A DNA stretch of 64,000 nucleotides. Source: Acidobacteriaceae bacterium. GTDB taxonomy: Bacteria > Acidobacteriota > Terriglobia > Terriglobales > Acidobacteriaceae. Positions 33,674 through 42,257 of the stretch are shown piece after piece (the stretch's first letter is position 1; each line of letters starts with the position of its first letter). The notes under the pieces were generated by a model, which saw only the letters and a program-made list of their open reading frames with translations, searched no databases and was not told the DNA's origin. A program made the position numbers and the translations under genes. The stretch spans positions 21,373-85,372 of the forward strand of contig DATAWI010000008.1 in assembly GCA_036267295.1 (NCBI GenBank). Reading direction: 5' to 3'.

Positions 33674-33689
33674 TGTGACGCAGATCACA
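33674..33689. promoter_or_regulatory. CRP/FNR-type palindrome TGTGA-N6-TCACA
   Basis: tTGTGAcgcagaTCACAc is a perfect match to the core CRP-family half-sites. It lies in the ppdK/padR divergent intergenic region, about 190 nt from the ppdK ATG and about 150 nt from the padR ATG. Confidence 0.4.
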
Positions 33690-33798
33690 CAAGCAAATAG
33701 CGTCCTAAGGGATTGAAAACAAACCCCCTGAAGCACTACTGCCGCCGCGAGTGCCGTCGCAGAGCGGGTGGCGCGAAACCAGCCGCCAGGGCTTCCCC

Positions 33799-33838
33799 TT
33801 GACATTCGACCCGAAGGCGCGTTACCTTCAGGTCGAAT
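33799..33838 (+). promoter_or_regulatory. TTGACA hexamer plus 35-nt imperfect palindrome overlapping the padR start codon (candidate PadR operator)
   Basis: TTGACA at 33799-33804. ATTCGACCcGAAGG-cgcgtta-CCTTCaGGTCGAAT spans 33804-33838, and its last two nt are the AT of the padR ATG. Confidence 0.4.
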
Positions 33839-34202
33839 GACGACCAGAGAGACGGAAAGCCAGCTCGAACTCCTGCAGGGCACCCTCGACCTCCTGATCC
33901 TGCAAACCCTCGCCTTCGGAGCCGCCCACGGCCACGCCATCGCCCGCATCATCCAGCATCGGTCGGAAGAAGTGCTGCAGGTGGGGCACGGTTCGCTCTA
34001 TCCGGCGCTGCAGCGGCTTCTGAAGCAGGGGCTCATCGCCGCTGAAGATGGATTGTCGGAGAACAATCGCAAGGCCCGGTTTTATCGCCTCACGGCAAAG
34101 GGCAGAAAAAAGCTGACCGCCGAGACGTCGAAGTGGGAGCGCTTCTCGACCGCAATTGCGCGGCTGCTCGCTCCGCTGCCCGGCCAGAATCCCCAGGGCT
34201 GA
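33837..34202 (+). CDS. PadR-family transcriptional regulator
   Basis: Trimmed to [68 protein letters not shown].., a typical PadR winged helix. Confidence 0.9.
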   Translation: MTTRETESQLELLQGTLDLLILQTLAFGAAHGHAIARIIQHRSEEVLQVGHGSLYPALQRLLKQGLIAAEDGLSENNRKARFYRLTAKGRKKLTAETSKWERFSTAIARLLAPLPGQNPQG

Positions 34203-34248
34203 AGTTCCAGAACGACGGGCCGCAAATTCCTGTGAGAAGGATCGCACC

Positions 34249-36885
34249 ATGAACCAGGATGAATCGCGCAGGCAGCGCTTAGAGGCCGAGATGCAGGAGC
34301 ATATCGATCTCGAAACGCAGGAAAATATCGACGCGGGCATGTCCCCGCTCAAGGCGCGGCAGACGGCGATGCGCAGGTTCGGCAGCGTTCCGCAGGCTGC
34401 GGACCAGTCGCGCGAGGCGTGGGGAACGTTGTGGCCGGAGCGGCTGTGGCAGGATGTGCGTTTCGCGCTGCGCAGTTTCCGCAGAAACGCCGGCTTTACG
34501 GCGGTAGCGCTGCTGTCGCTGATGCTCGGCATCGGAGCGAGTATTGCGTTGTTCAGCGTTGTGTATGGCGTGCTGATCGCACCCTATCCCTATGCGCGGC
34601 CCAATCAGATCTGGGCGCCGGCGGTGGTTGGCCCCAACGACGCCGTCCGCGGATGGCACTGGTATACGCAGCGCGAATTGCAGGAGATCGAGAACCTGCC
34701 GGCGTTCAGCAACGTCATGGCGACCAGCGTCAAACCAGTCCTGATGACCGGCGGCATCAACCCGGAAAACTTCTACGGCGTCTTCCTCACCGGCGGAGCG
34801 TTCGACTTCCTCGAAGTGAAGCCGCTCATCGGGCGCACCATCCAGCCCTTCGATATTGGACCCGGCGGCGAACCCGCGCCCGTGGTGGTGCTGAGTTACG
34901 GATACTGGCAGCGCTTCTTCTCGGGCGATCGCCACGCTCTCGGCCGCACCATCCTGCTGGACGACGTGCCGCACACCATCATCGGCGTCATGCCTCCGCG
35001 CTTCGGCTGGTGGACCAATGAATCCTTCTGGCTGCCCCTGCGCGCGGATCTGAAAGATCCGCAGGGACTCGCGGTGATCATGCGGCTCGCGCCCGGCGTC
35101 ACGCCCCATGCCGCGGAACAACAGATGAATCAGCTCAACCTGCGCTTCGCCGCCGAGCGTCCGGACGACTACCCGAAAGGCAAGCTGCGCACGGTGCTGC
35201 TGAACTATATGGACATTACGACGGCCAGCGGCGCGATGAGCGACAGCCTGCATCTGCTGTTCGCGGCGGTCGGACTGCTGCTGCTGATTGCCTGCGTCAA
35301 CGTCGCTAATCTGCAACTGGCGCGGACCACCGGGCGCGCCCGCGAGATTGCCATGCGCCTGGCGATGGGCGCGGGACGCGGCCGCCTGGTGCGACAACTG
35401 CTGACGGAGAGCGTGCTGCTCTCGGCGGTCGGCGGGGTGCTGGGCGTCTTGTTCGCCGTGGGCGCCACGCAGTTGATTGTCACGCTGATTCCGCCGGACT
35501 ACGTGCCCAACGAATCGCGCATCACCATCAACGGCTGGGTCCTGCTGTTTTCGCTGGGCGTCTCCATGCTGACCGGAATCCTGTTCGGACTGGCGCCGGC
35601 GCTGCGTTCCTCGCGGCCCGATCTGGTGGGCACGCTGAAAGACGGCGGAGGCGGCGCCACCGGCAGCATCCGCGGAGGCGCGATGCGCGGCTGGCTGGTG
35701 GTCACCGAAATTTCCCTCTCGGTGATCCTGCTGGCCGGAGCCAGCCTCGCGATCCGCGGCTTTCTCCAGGTGCTGCGCGTCGATCCGGGGTTCCAGCCGC
35801 AGCGGGTGCTCCGCATCAATGTGACTCTCGCGCCGAAGCGCTATCCGACGTGGACCGAGCGCAATGTGCTGGACCGCTCGCTGCTTGAAAGCGTCACGAA
35901 CCTGCCGGGAGTCCAGGCCGCCGAGCTGGGCAACGGCGGCCTGCCCTACAGCGAAGATCGCTCAGCTTTCTCGATCGACGGACAGCCGCGCATGGAGGGC
36001 CGCACCGTCGCGCTGGCGCTCATCAGCAGCCGCTATCCGCAGACGCTGGGGATTCCGCTGAAGCGGGGACGCGAATTCACCGAGACGGAGATTGAGAGCG
36101 CGACGCGCGTGGCGCTCATTAACGAGAGCGCGGCGCGCCTCTGGCCGCAGGGTCAGGACGCGGTGGGCCATACGATGCACATCGACGACCTGGGCAAGCC
36201 GGTGAACAGCCGCCTGGTGCTGCCGGCTCCGGGTCTCGCCTCCGACGTCACCGTCGTCGGAATCATTGGCGACACGAAAAATGATGGCCTCGCCGAGACG
36301 ACTGCGCCCGCCGTCTTCCTGCCCTACACGCTGTACGCGACACCGGAGCGCCAGCTGGTGGTGCGCACCGCCGCCGATCCGCTGGCAATGGTCAACACCG
36401 TGCGGACAAAAGTGCGTGATCTCGACAAAGACCTCGCGCTGGGAAGACCGAACACGCTCGACGAAGTGATGGGCGAAGAGACGCAGCAGCCGCGCTTCAA
36501 CATGGCGCTGTTCAGCAGCTTCGCGTTTCTGGGGCTGGCGCTGGCGGCCATCGGCATCTACAGCGTCATTTCGTATAACGTGACGCAGCGGGTGCAGGAA
36601 ATCGGCGTGCGCATGGCGCTGGGCGCCAAACGCGGCGACATCCTGAAGCTCATCTTCCGGATGGTGGCGCGCGTCGCGGGGCTCGGCCTCGGCATCGGAC
36701 TGGCGGGGTGCATTCTCATCGAACGCCTCGTGCAGTTCCAGTTGTTCGCAAAGTCCACCTTTGGCGTACTGCCGCTGGCCACCATCGTCGCAGTGGTGGC
36801 CGCGGTCTCCGCGTTGGCTGCCTGGGTGCCCGCCGCGCGGGCAGGCAATTTGAACCCGGTGACGGCGCTGCGGCACGAAACGTAA
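34249..36885 (+). CDS. duplicated FtsX/MacB-type ABC permease (ADOP-like orphan permease)
   Basis: ATG 34249 with GAGAAGGA upstream. The N-terminal MNQDESRRQRLEAEMQEHIDLETQENIDAGMSPLKARQTAMRRFG.. leader is typical of this family. Two repeats of a periplasmic domain plus a 4-TM FtsX module follow. No ATPase gene is adjacent. Confidence 0.9.
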   Translation: MNQDESRRQRLEAEMQEHIDLETQENIDAGMSPLKARQTAMRRFGSVPQAADQSREAWGTLWPERLWQDVRFALRSFRRNAGFTAVALLSLMLGIGASIALFSVVYGVLIAPYPYARPNQIWAPAVVGPNDAVRGWHWYTQRELQEIENLPAFSNVMATSVKPVLMTGGINPENFYGVFLTGGAFDFLEVKPLIGRTIQPFDIGPGGEPAPVVVLSYGYWQRFFSGDRHALGRTILLDDVPHTIIGVMPPRFGWWTNESFWLPLRADLKDPQGLAVIMRLAPGVTPHAAEQQMNQLNLRFAAERPDDYPKGKLRTVLLNYMDITTASGAMSDSLHLLFAAVGLLLLIACVNVANLQLARTTGRAREIAMRLAMGAGRGRLVRQLLTESVLLSAVGGVLGVLFAVGATQLIVTLIPPDYVPNESRITINGWVLLFSLGVSMLTGILFGLAPALRSSRPDLVGTLKDGGGGATGSIRGGAMRGWLVVTEISLSVILLAGASLAIRGFLQVLRVDPGFQPQRVLRINVTLAPKRYPTWTERNVLDRSLLESVTNLPGVQAAELGNGGLPYSEDRSAFSIDGQPRMEGRTVALALISSRYPQTLGIPLKRGREFTETEIESATRVALINESAARLWPQGQDAVGHTMHIDDLGKPVNSRLVLPAPGLASDVTVVGIIGDTKNDGLAETTAPAVFLPYTLYATPERQLVVRTAADPLAMVNTVRTKVRDLDKDLALGRPNTLDEVMGEETQQPRFNMALFSSFAFLGLALAAIGIYSVISYNVTQRVQEIGVRMALGAKRGDILKLIFRMVARVAGLGLGIGLAGCILIERLVQFQLFAKSTFGVLPLATIVAVVAAVSALAAWVPAARAGNLNPVTALRHET

Positions 36886-36888
36886 CGA

Positions 36889-37623
36889 TCAGTGAGCCGA
36901 ATCAGCGGGCAGAGGATGCGCGCTGAAGAAACTCCACGCGGCGCGGTTGATCGCCCACGCGCTCTCTTCGTCGTAGACGTGTCCGTGGTTCGGAATCACG
37001 ATCAGCTGCACGGGAAATCCGTGAGCCTTGAAGATGTCGCGGGTGTTCTCGACGCCGGCGACGGAAACGCCGGGATCGCTGTCGCCCACCCAGAGCGCGA
37101 CCGGCGTGGGCCGCGGCGCATGCGGAAAGAAATCGTTGGCGACGGGCGGCAGCGTGGCGGCGTGCGCGCCGACGGCAGCGAAATATCCGCCATCGAGGAT
37201 GGCGAGAGCCAGCGCGTAGACCGCGCCGCCGGATTGCCCAAATAAGTAGATGCGGTGCGGATCGACAGGATGGAGCGCGGCTGCCTCGGCGACGGCTGCG
37301 TGCAGAAAGGCTGGCGGATCGTTGTCGTAATCCCACACAGCGGGTTTGAGCGAGTTGGGCGCAACCAGAACGATGTGTTCACGCGCGGCAAAGTCCCGCC
37401 ACGGACCCGTCATCTCCGAGCCATTTTGATTGGACCCGTGCAGAAGGACGACGACGGGCAGCGGTGCGGATGGATCGGCCGCGGGAATGAAGCCGTACCA
37501 GGTGCGGGCCTGTCCCGCATATTGAAAGGTGTGGAGCTCGATCTTCTCCTTATCTTTCGCCGCGAGAGGAAGGGCCAGCGCGGTGCACGCGAAGAGGATG
37601 AGGAGACAGCGGGAGTTTCTCAT
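36889..37623 (-). CDS. secreted alpha/beta-hydrolase (PHB-depolymerase/CE1-like esterase)
   Basis: Signal peptide MRNSRCLLILFACTALALPLAA. ..PLPVVVLLHGSNQNG.., the nucleophile elbow LFGQSGGAVYA (GxSxG) and a late ..IPNHGHVY.. His are present. Confidence 0.75.
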   Translation of the reverse strand: MRNSRCLLILFACTALALPLAAKDKEKIELHTFQYAGQARTWYGFIPAADPSAPLPVVVLLHGSNQNGSEMTGPWRDFAAREHIVLVAPNSLKPAVWDYDNDPPAFLHAAVAEAAALHPVDPHRIYLFGQSGGAVYALALAILDGGYFAAVGAHAATLPPVANDFFPHAPRPTPVALWVGDSDPGVSVAGVENTRDIFKAHGFPVQLIVIPNHGHVYDEESAWAINRAAWSFFSAHPLPADSAH

Positions 37624-37698
37624 GCGGGGAGGTCGCCGGCGAGTTGCGCGGCCGGCGCTCCATGTCTTCAGGGCGAAGACATGGAGGCGGCCGACAGG

Positions 37699-38481
37699 TT
37701 ATTTCGAGGCAGCAGCAGCCGGGGCCGCGGCGGCCGCCGGAAGATACGTAACGCCGGGAGCCGGCAACGGATGCGCCTGAAAGAAGTGGAAGCATCCTTC
37801 GTTGATCTGGTCGTAGTGGTTGCCGTAGTCGCCGGGGCTGTTGGGAATGATCTTGAGGTCGAAAGGAAACCCAGCCTGGGTGAAGGCATCGTGCTCCAGG
37901 GCCAGCACGCGCAGCGGATGATCGTCGTCGTTGTCGCCGACCCAAACCTCAAACGGCTCTTTGTACTGCGCGTGCTTAAAGAGATCGTAGTCCACCGTGG
38001 GGACGATGGAGTGCGTCGTGCAGACCGCGCCCCAGTTCTGCGAATCGTAGAGACCCACAGCCATGGCGTAGATACCGCCGGAATCGTCGCCAAACATAAA
38101 TACTTTCGTGGGATCGATGGGGTGCTTTTTGGCGACATCGGCGATCACCGCGTGCAGGAAGTCCGGCCCATCCACCTTCGATTCCCACATGGTGTTATTG
38201 GTGGATTCCGGTGCAACCGCGATAAAGCCCTGACGGGATGCGTAGTTATGCCAGAGGCCCATCACGTCGGAGGCCCATCCTCCCTGGGCGTGGAGCAGCA
38301 GGATGACCGGAAGAGGCTGCGCGGCTGGAATGGCACTGGGGACGAGGAGCGAATAGGTGCGCTGTTTGCCGTTGAACTGAAAATTGACCCGTTCGACCTT
38401 GTCCTTGTCTTTCGCGCAGGCGGGCAGAACACTCATCACGGCGAGAAGCACAGCGGAGAAAACTGATGCAGCACGTTTCAT
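37699..38481 (-). CDS. secreted alpha/beta-hydrolase paralogue with altered nucleophile motif
   Basis: ATG 38481 (MKRAASVFSAVLLAVMSVLPACA) with GGAG 8 nt upstream. It is colinear with the preceding esterase (..KDKDKVERVNFQFNGKQRTY.. against ..KDKEKIELHTFQYAGQARTW..), but the elbow reads FGDDSGGIYA. Confidence 0.7.
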   Translation of the reverse strand: MKRAASVFSAVLLAVMSVLPACAKDKDKVERVNFQFNGKQRTYSLLVPSAIPAAQPLPVILLLHAQGGWASDVMGLWHNYASRQGFIAVAPESTNNTMWESKVDGPDFLHAVIADVAKKHPIDPTKVFMFGDDSGGIYAMAVGLYDSQNWGAVCTTHSIVPTVDYDLFKHAQYKEPFEVWVGDNDDDHPLRVLALEHDAFTQAGFPFDLKIIPNSPGDYGNHYDQINEGCFHFFQAHPLPAPGVTYLPAAAAAPAAAASK

Positions 38482-38503
38482 GGGCAAACTCCGGAAAATT
38501 TGT

Positions 38504-38526
38504 AATCGCGAACATTATCCGCGATT
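38504..38526. promoter_or_regulatory. inverted repeat AATCGCG-N9-CGCGATT in the esterase/methyltransferase divergent region
   Basis: 7-bp perfect arms, 23-45 nt upstream of the esterase paralogue ATG (38481). Confidence 0.3.
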
Positions 38527-38666
38527 CTCAGGAACTGGTCCATATTACGCGCAGGGGCGGCGGCAAATCTCGCCCCGGACGCCGAAGCCGTGCCAGGAGC
38601 CCGCCCAAACCGTTGAAGCCTGCCGACAGCGGCCTGGCGCACGTACAATCCTGGTAAGGCGGCAGC

Positions 38667-39323
38667 GTGATCGGAAGCTTGTTTCGCAAAAAACACGACG
38701 GCGAGGGGCGGGATCGGCCGACGATGCTCACCGGACCCCGGATTCCGCGCCACTCCAGCGGGTGGGAGGCGCTGCTGAAACACCTGCGCGCCGAGAACGG
38801 CCTGCGGGTGCTGGACATTGGACCGACGTCGCCGCAGAACATCAACTTCCTCACCGGCATGGGCCACAGCGTCTACATGGCCGATGTAGTGCATGAGGCG
38901 CTGAAGGGCGACTGGGTGGTCCCGCCCAAAGAGAAGGGCGAAGCCCCGGGGTTCGACCTGGCCGGCTTCTTCGAGCAGAACCTGAATTTCCAGGGGCGCC
39001 AGTTCGATGTGGTGCTGCTGTGGGCCACGCTCGATTACATCCCCGACGGCCTGACGAAGGCGCTGGTCGAGCATTTGGAGGCGGCGACTTTGCCGGGCGG
39101 CAAGGTGCTGGCGATCTTCCACTCGAAGAAGGAAGGCCCGTACACGGCCTACTGCCGGTACCATCTAACCGAGGCCGCGGAGGTCGAGATGCAGGAGTCG
39201 GCGCCCTACGCGGTGCAGCGGGTGTACACCAACCGCAGCATCGAGCGCCTGTTTGAAGGCTTCGCCGCCAATCGATTCTTCCTCGCGAAAGACAATCTGT
39301 ACGAAGTGATCGTGACGCGCTAG
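38667..39323 (+). CDS. class I SAM-dependent methyltransferase
   Basis: Motif I ..GLRVLDIGPTSPQN.., ..FDVVLLWATLDYIP.. and ..LPGGKVLAIF... The start is GTG at 38667, with an alternative ATG at 38724. Confidence 0.7.
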   Translation: MIGSLFRKKHDGEGRDRPTMLTGPRIPRHSSGWEALLKHLRAENGLRVLDIGPTSPQNINFLTGMGHSVYMADVVHEALKGDWVVPPKEKGEAPGFDLAGFFEQNLNFQGRQFDVVLLWATLDYIPDGLTKALVEHLEAATLPGGKVLAIFHSKKEGPYTAYCRYHLTEAAEVEMQESAPYAVQRVYTNRSIERLFEGFAANRFFLAKDNLYEVIVTR

Positions 39324-39425
39324 AGGCGCAGGCCGTGCGCGGTCCACGATTCCTGACTCAAACCGATTGGTTAACTCACAACTAACTATGCAGGCGCGGG
39401 ATTCCTGGATAGAGTAAGGCAAATT

Positions 39426-40067
39426 ATGCCTCAGGATCAGGACCCGTCCGACTTTTCGAGCAAGCTGCGTCTCGAGTATGCCGCACCGCGAAGCGTGCCG
39501 GTGCCGCGCGGAGGATTGCCGCCCCGGACTCCGGCCGTGGCCGTCCCGGCGACGCCTGCGACGGGAGCCACGAACGCGCCGAGCGCGAAGACCGCGGCGG
39601 TGGCGCAGGAGGGTCGCCCAGCCATCGTCACCGCGATTGCGCTCTACGAGTTCTGGCGAGTGCTGGTGTTGGGAACGGTCTATCTGATGACGCTGAAGGA
39701 TCCGGGCGCGCAGATCGAGTCGCGGACGTTCTGGGAAGTTTTCTTCGTGCTCTCGAACGGCGCGCTCGCCGTGAATTACCTGTTGCCCATCACGATCCTC
39801 TACGCATTGGCCATCGGCACCACGCTGTGGATCCGCAATAACTGGGGACGCAAGGCGCTGATCGCCACGTCGGCGTGGGCGGTATTTCGGCTGGTGCGGT
39901 ATCTGGCAGTCTTCTCGTCGTTTGCATCGATGGCGAACGGCATGGAGCTGGAAGCCCTCTCGTTCATCCGGCAGTGCGCCTATATGCTGGTAGCGGTCAA
40001 CATCACCATCGGGCTGTACCTGGCCTTTGCGCCCGGCGTAGCGGAAGCCTTCGGCCAGGAAAAGTAG
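39426..40067 (+). CDS. hypothetical membrane protein (Pro/Ala-rich N-terminus, ~4 TM)
   Basis: 213-aa ORF with hydrophobic helices (..AIVTAIALYEFWRVLVLGTVYLM.., ..LLPITILYALAIGTTLWI.. and others) and GC3-rich codons. No family was recognised. Confidence 0.5.
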   Translation: MPQDQDPSDFSSKLRLEYAAPRSVPVPRGGLPPRTPAVAVPATPATGATNAPSAKTAAVAQEGRPAIVTAIALYEFWRVLVLGTVYLMTLKDPGAQIESRTFWEVFFVLSNGALAVNYLLPITILYALAIGTTLWIRNNWGRKALIATSAWAVFRLVRYLAVFSSFASMANGMELEALSFIRQCAYMLVAVNITIGLYLAFAPGVAEAFGQEK

Positions 40068-40100
40068 CGCATGGCAGGGCCGCAATCGTTTGCCGCCGCC

Positions 40101-42257
40101 TCATTTTTCCGACAGAAAGATCAGCTCCGAGGTCAGCGGCAGAGGCAGATCGACAAACAGGCCTTCGCCCATCAGCAGCTGGCCCGATGAGGTTGTATCG
40201 GGCAGGCTGCCATCCTCAAAATGCAGCCGGTATTTCCCGCGGAGATCGAGTCCGGCAAGGACGAAGCGGTGGTGCGCTTCGCCGGCGTCCGACCCATGAA
40301 AAGCGAAGACCACACCCTCCCGGCGCGCGGGATCCCAGTACTCCATGCCGTCCCAGTGCACGCCGTCGGGACGCGGGGCGATGTGGAAGAGGCGTGCGTC
40401 GCGGATGAGCGGGCGCAGGCGCGCCTTGTAAAGAGAGAGGGCGTCGCGCGCCGCTGCGTGCTGCTCCGGGGTCCAGGCAGTGGTGTCCTGCATGACGCTG
40501 ACCCAGCCCATCATGCCGCTGCGTAATTCGTAGAGAAAGTTGCCGAGGGTCGGCGTGGGCCGTCGATCGACGTAATCCTCCAGCATGGCGGGCGGCAGAA
40601 CGTAGCTGGCGTCGTAGAACGCGCGGCGGTTGGAGAGCGGATCGTAGCTGTCGGTGATGGAGAAGTAGTCGCCGTGGGCAGCGCTGCCGAAATCGACCAT
40701 GCGGCCGCCATCGTTGCAGATTTCAAGCAGCAAGCCAGGATGAGCACGGCGCAGTTTCTCGTAGATATTGTAGTAGGCGTTGACAGCGTGGTAGCTCACG
40801 TCGGTTGAGTTGGAGCCGAGGACGATGTCTTCCCCGTCGTAGTGTTGGACCGTAAGGGTGCGGGGATCGGGCGCGGCGTGGGGATGGTCGTCGCGGGTGC
40901 AGCCCTGGGCGACCAGATAGCCGTCGTGCTCCAGCATGTCGAGGTGGTTGTCGGTGACGATGCGGTCGACTTCGCGGGCGGCGTAATCGCGAGCGGCCGG
41001 CACGCCGAGGTCGATCGTCTGTCCTTTGAAGTCCTGCGGCTTCCAGTCCGGGGGCACGTCGGCGACGAGCCAGTCGCGCACTTGCGGATCGCGGAGATTG
41101 AGCGCGCCGGGTTGGGTATCGAGGCCGGCCTGCGACCAGTCGACCCAGAGCCCAAAGCGCAGCCCGTGGCGATGTGCGTCGTCGGCCACCGGCCCCAGAC
41201 CGTGAGGAAACTTGTGCGGGTTGGGGTACCAGTCGCCCACACCGCGGAACCATCCCGCGTCGAGGTGGAACATCTCGAAGCCCAGCGAAGCGGCATCGGC
41301 GATCATGCGGCGGGCGACGGATTCGTCTACGTCCATGCCGGCGCCCCAGCTGTTGTTGACCGCAAGCGGGTAGTGAGGATCGGCCCAGGTGCGCGGCGAG
41401 CCAAGCACAGCGCGCACCCACGGTCGCAGCTGATTACCGGCTCCATCGGGACCGCCGGTGAACGCGCCGAGAAAGACGGTCGGCGGGGTGAAGGTCGCGT
41501 TCGGCGGCAGGCGCGTGAGAAACGGGCCGGGATCAGGATCGAGGCCGAAGACCGCGGCGAGGCTGGTGGACGTGCGATCGAGGGTGAGGCGTGTCCGTCC
41601 GCTGAATTCGATACCCGCGAACCAGCCGGAGCCCCTGGGCGTCAACACGGCCTGGTACGGGATGATCTCCGGCACGCTGCCATCCAGAGGGTGCGCAAAG
41701 GTGGTGGACCAGCCAGTCCAGGCGTAACGCGGGGCGACGGTGACGAGGTGGGTGCCGATGGGGCCAGGCGCGCCCGCACCCTTATCTATATATAGATGGC
41801 GTAGCGGTGCGGCAGCGCCAAGTTGCCAGTCGAGGCGGAGGCTGTCCACGAGCGGCAGCCATAACTCCGCGCCGCTGAGATTGCGGACGGCCACGCGATG
41901 CTCGATGGGCCCAAACGCGGCGGGGGCAGTCCACTCCCAGAGGAGTTGCAAATGCGGCTGCTGCGACTCGTAGGCATAGACGATTTGCCCGGCCGACGCG
42001 TGACTGAGCGCGGGGAGAAATCTCCAGGTCAGGGGCAGCCGCTTCCCTTCCCGCTCAACGTATGCTGGCAGCGGCTCCACGGCGCGGTTGCGCCACGCTG
42101 GCTGGCCCGAGCCTCGGAGCAGGACCAGACGCGGCGCAGGGCTGGGAGCCAGCTCGATAGTGGCGTCGGAGGTGGCGAGAGTTGAAGGATTCTGTGCCCC
42201 GGCAGCGGCACTGGCTGCGCCCAGCAGGGCAAGCGCGGCGATGGTCGCGAGTCTCAT
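40101..42257 (-). CDS. GH36-like alpha-galactosidase
   Basis: Signal peptide MRLATIAALALLGAASAAAGA. The central TIM-barrel region ..NSWGAGMDVDESVARRMIADAASLGFEMFHLDAGWF..KFPHGLGPVADDAHRHGLRFGLWVDW.. resembles GH36. The ATG overlaps the upstream stop (ATGA). Confidence 0.75.
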   Translation of the reverse strand: MRLATIAALALLGAASAAAGAQNPSTLATSDATIELAPSPAPRLVLLRGSGQPAWRNRAVEPLPAYVEREGKRLPLTWRFLPALSHASAGQIVYAYESQQPHLQLLWEWTAPAAFGPIEHRVAVRNLSGAELWLPLVDSLRLDWQLGAAAPLRHLYIDKGAGAPGPIGTHLVTVAPRYAWTGWSTTFAHPLDGSVPEIIPYQAVLTPRGSGWFAGIEFSGRTRLTLDRTSTSLAAVFGLDPDPGPFLTRLPPNATFTPPTVFLGAFTGGPDGAGNQLRPWVRAVLGSPRTWADPHYPLAVNNSWGAGMDVDESVARRMIADAASLGFEMFHLDAGWFRGVGDWYPNPHKFPHGLGPVADDAHRHGLRFGLWVDWSQAGLDTQPGALNLRDPQVRDWLVADVPPDWKPQDFKGQTIDLGVPAARDYAAREVDRIVTDNHLDMLEHDGYLVAQGCTRDDHPHAAPDPRTLTVQHYDGEDIVLGSNSTDVSYHAVNAYYNIYEKLRRAHPGLLLEICNDGGRMVDFGSAAHGDYFSITDSYDPLSNRRAFYDASYVLPPAMLEDYVDRRPTPTLGNFLYELRSGMMGWVSVMQDTTAWTPEQHAAARDALSLYKARLRPLIRDARLFHIAPRPDGVHWDGMEYWDPARREGVVFAFHGSDAGEAHHRFVLAGLDLRGKYRLHFEDGSLPDTTSSGQLLMGEGLFVDLPLPLTSELIFLSEK

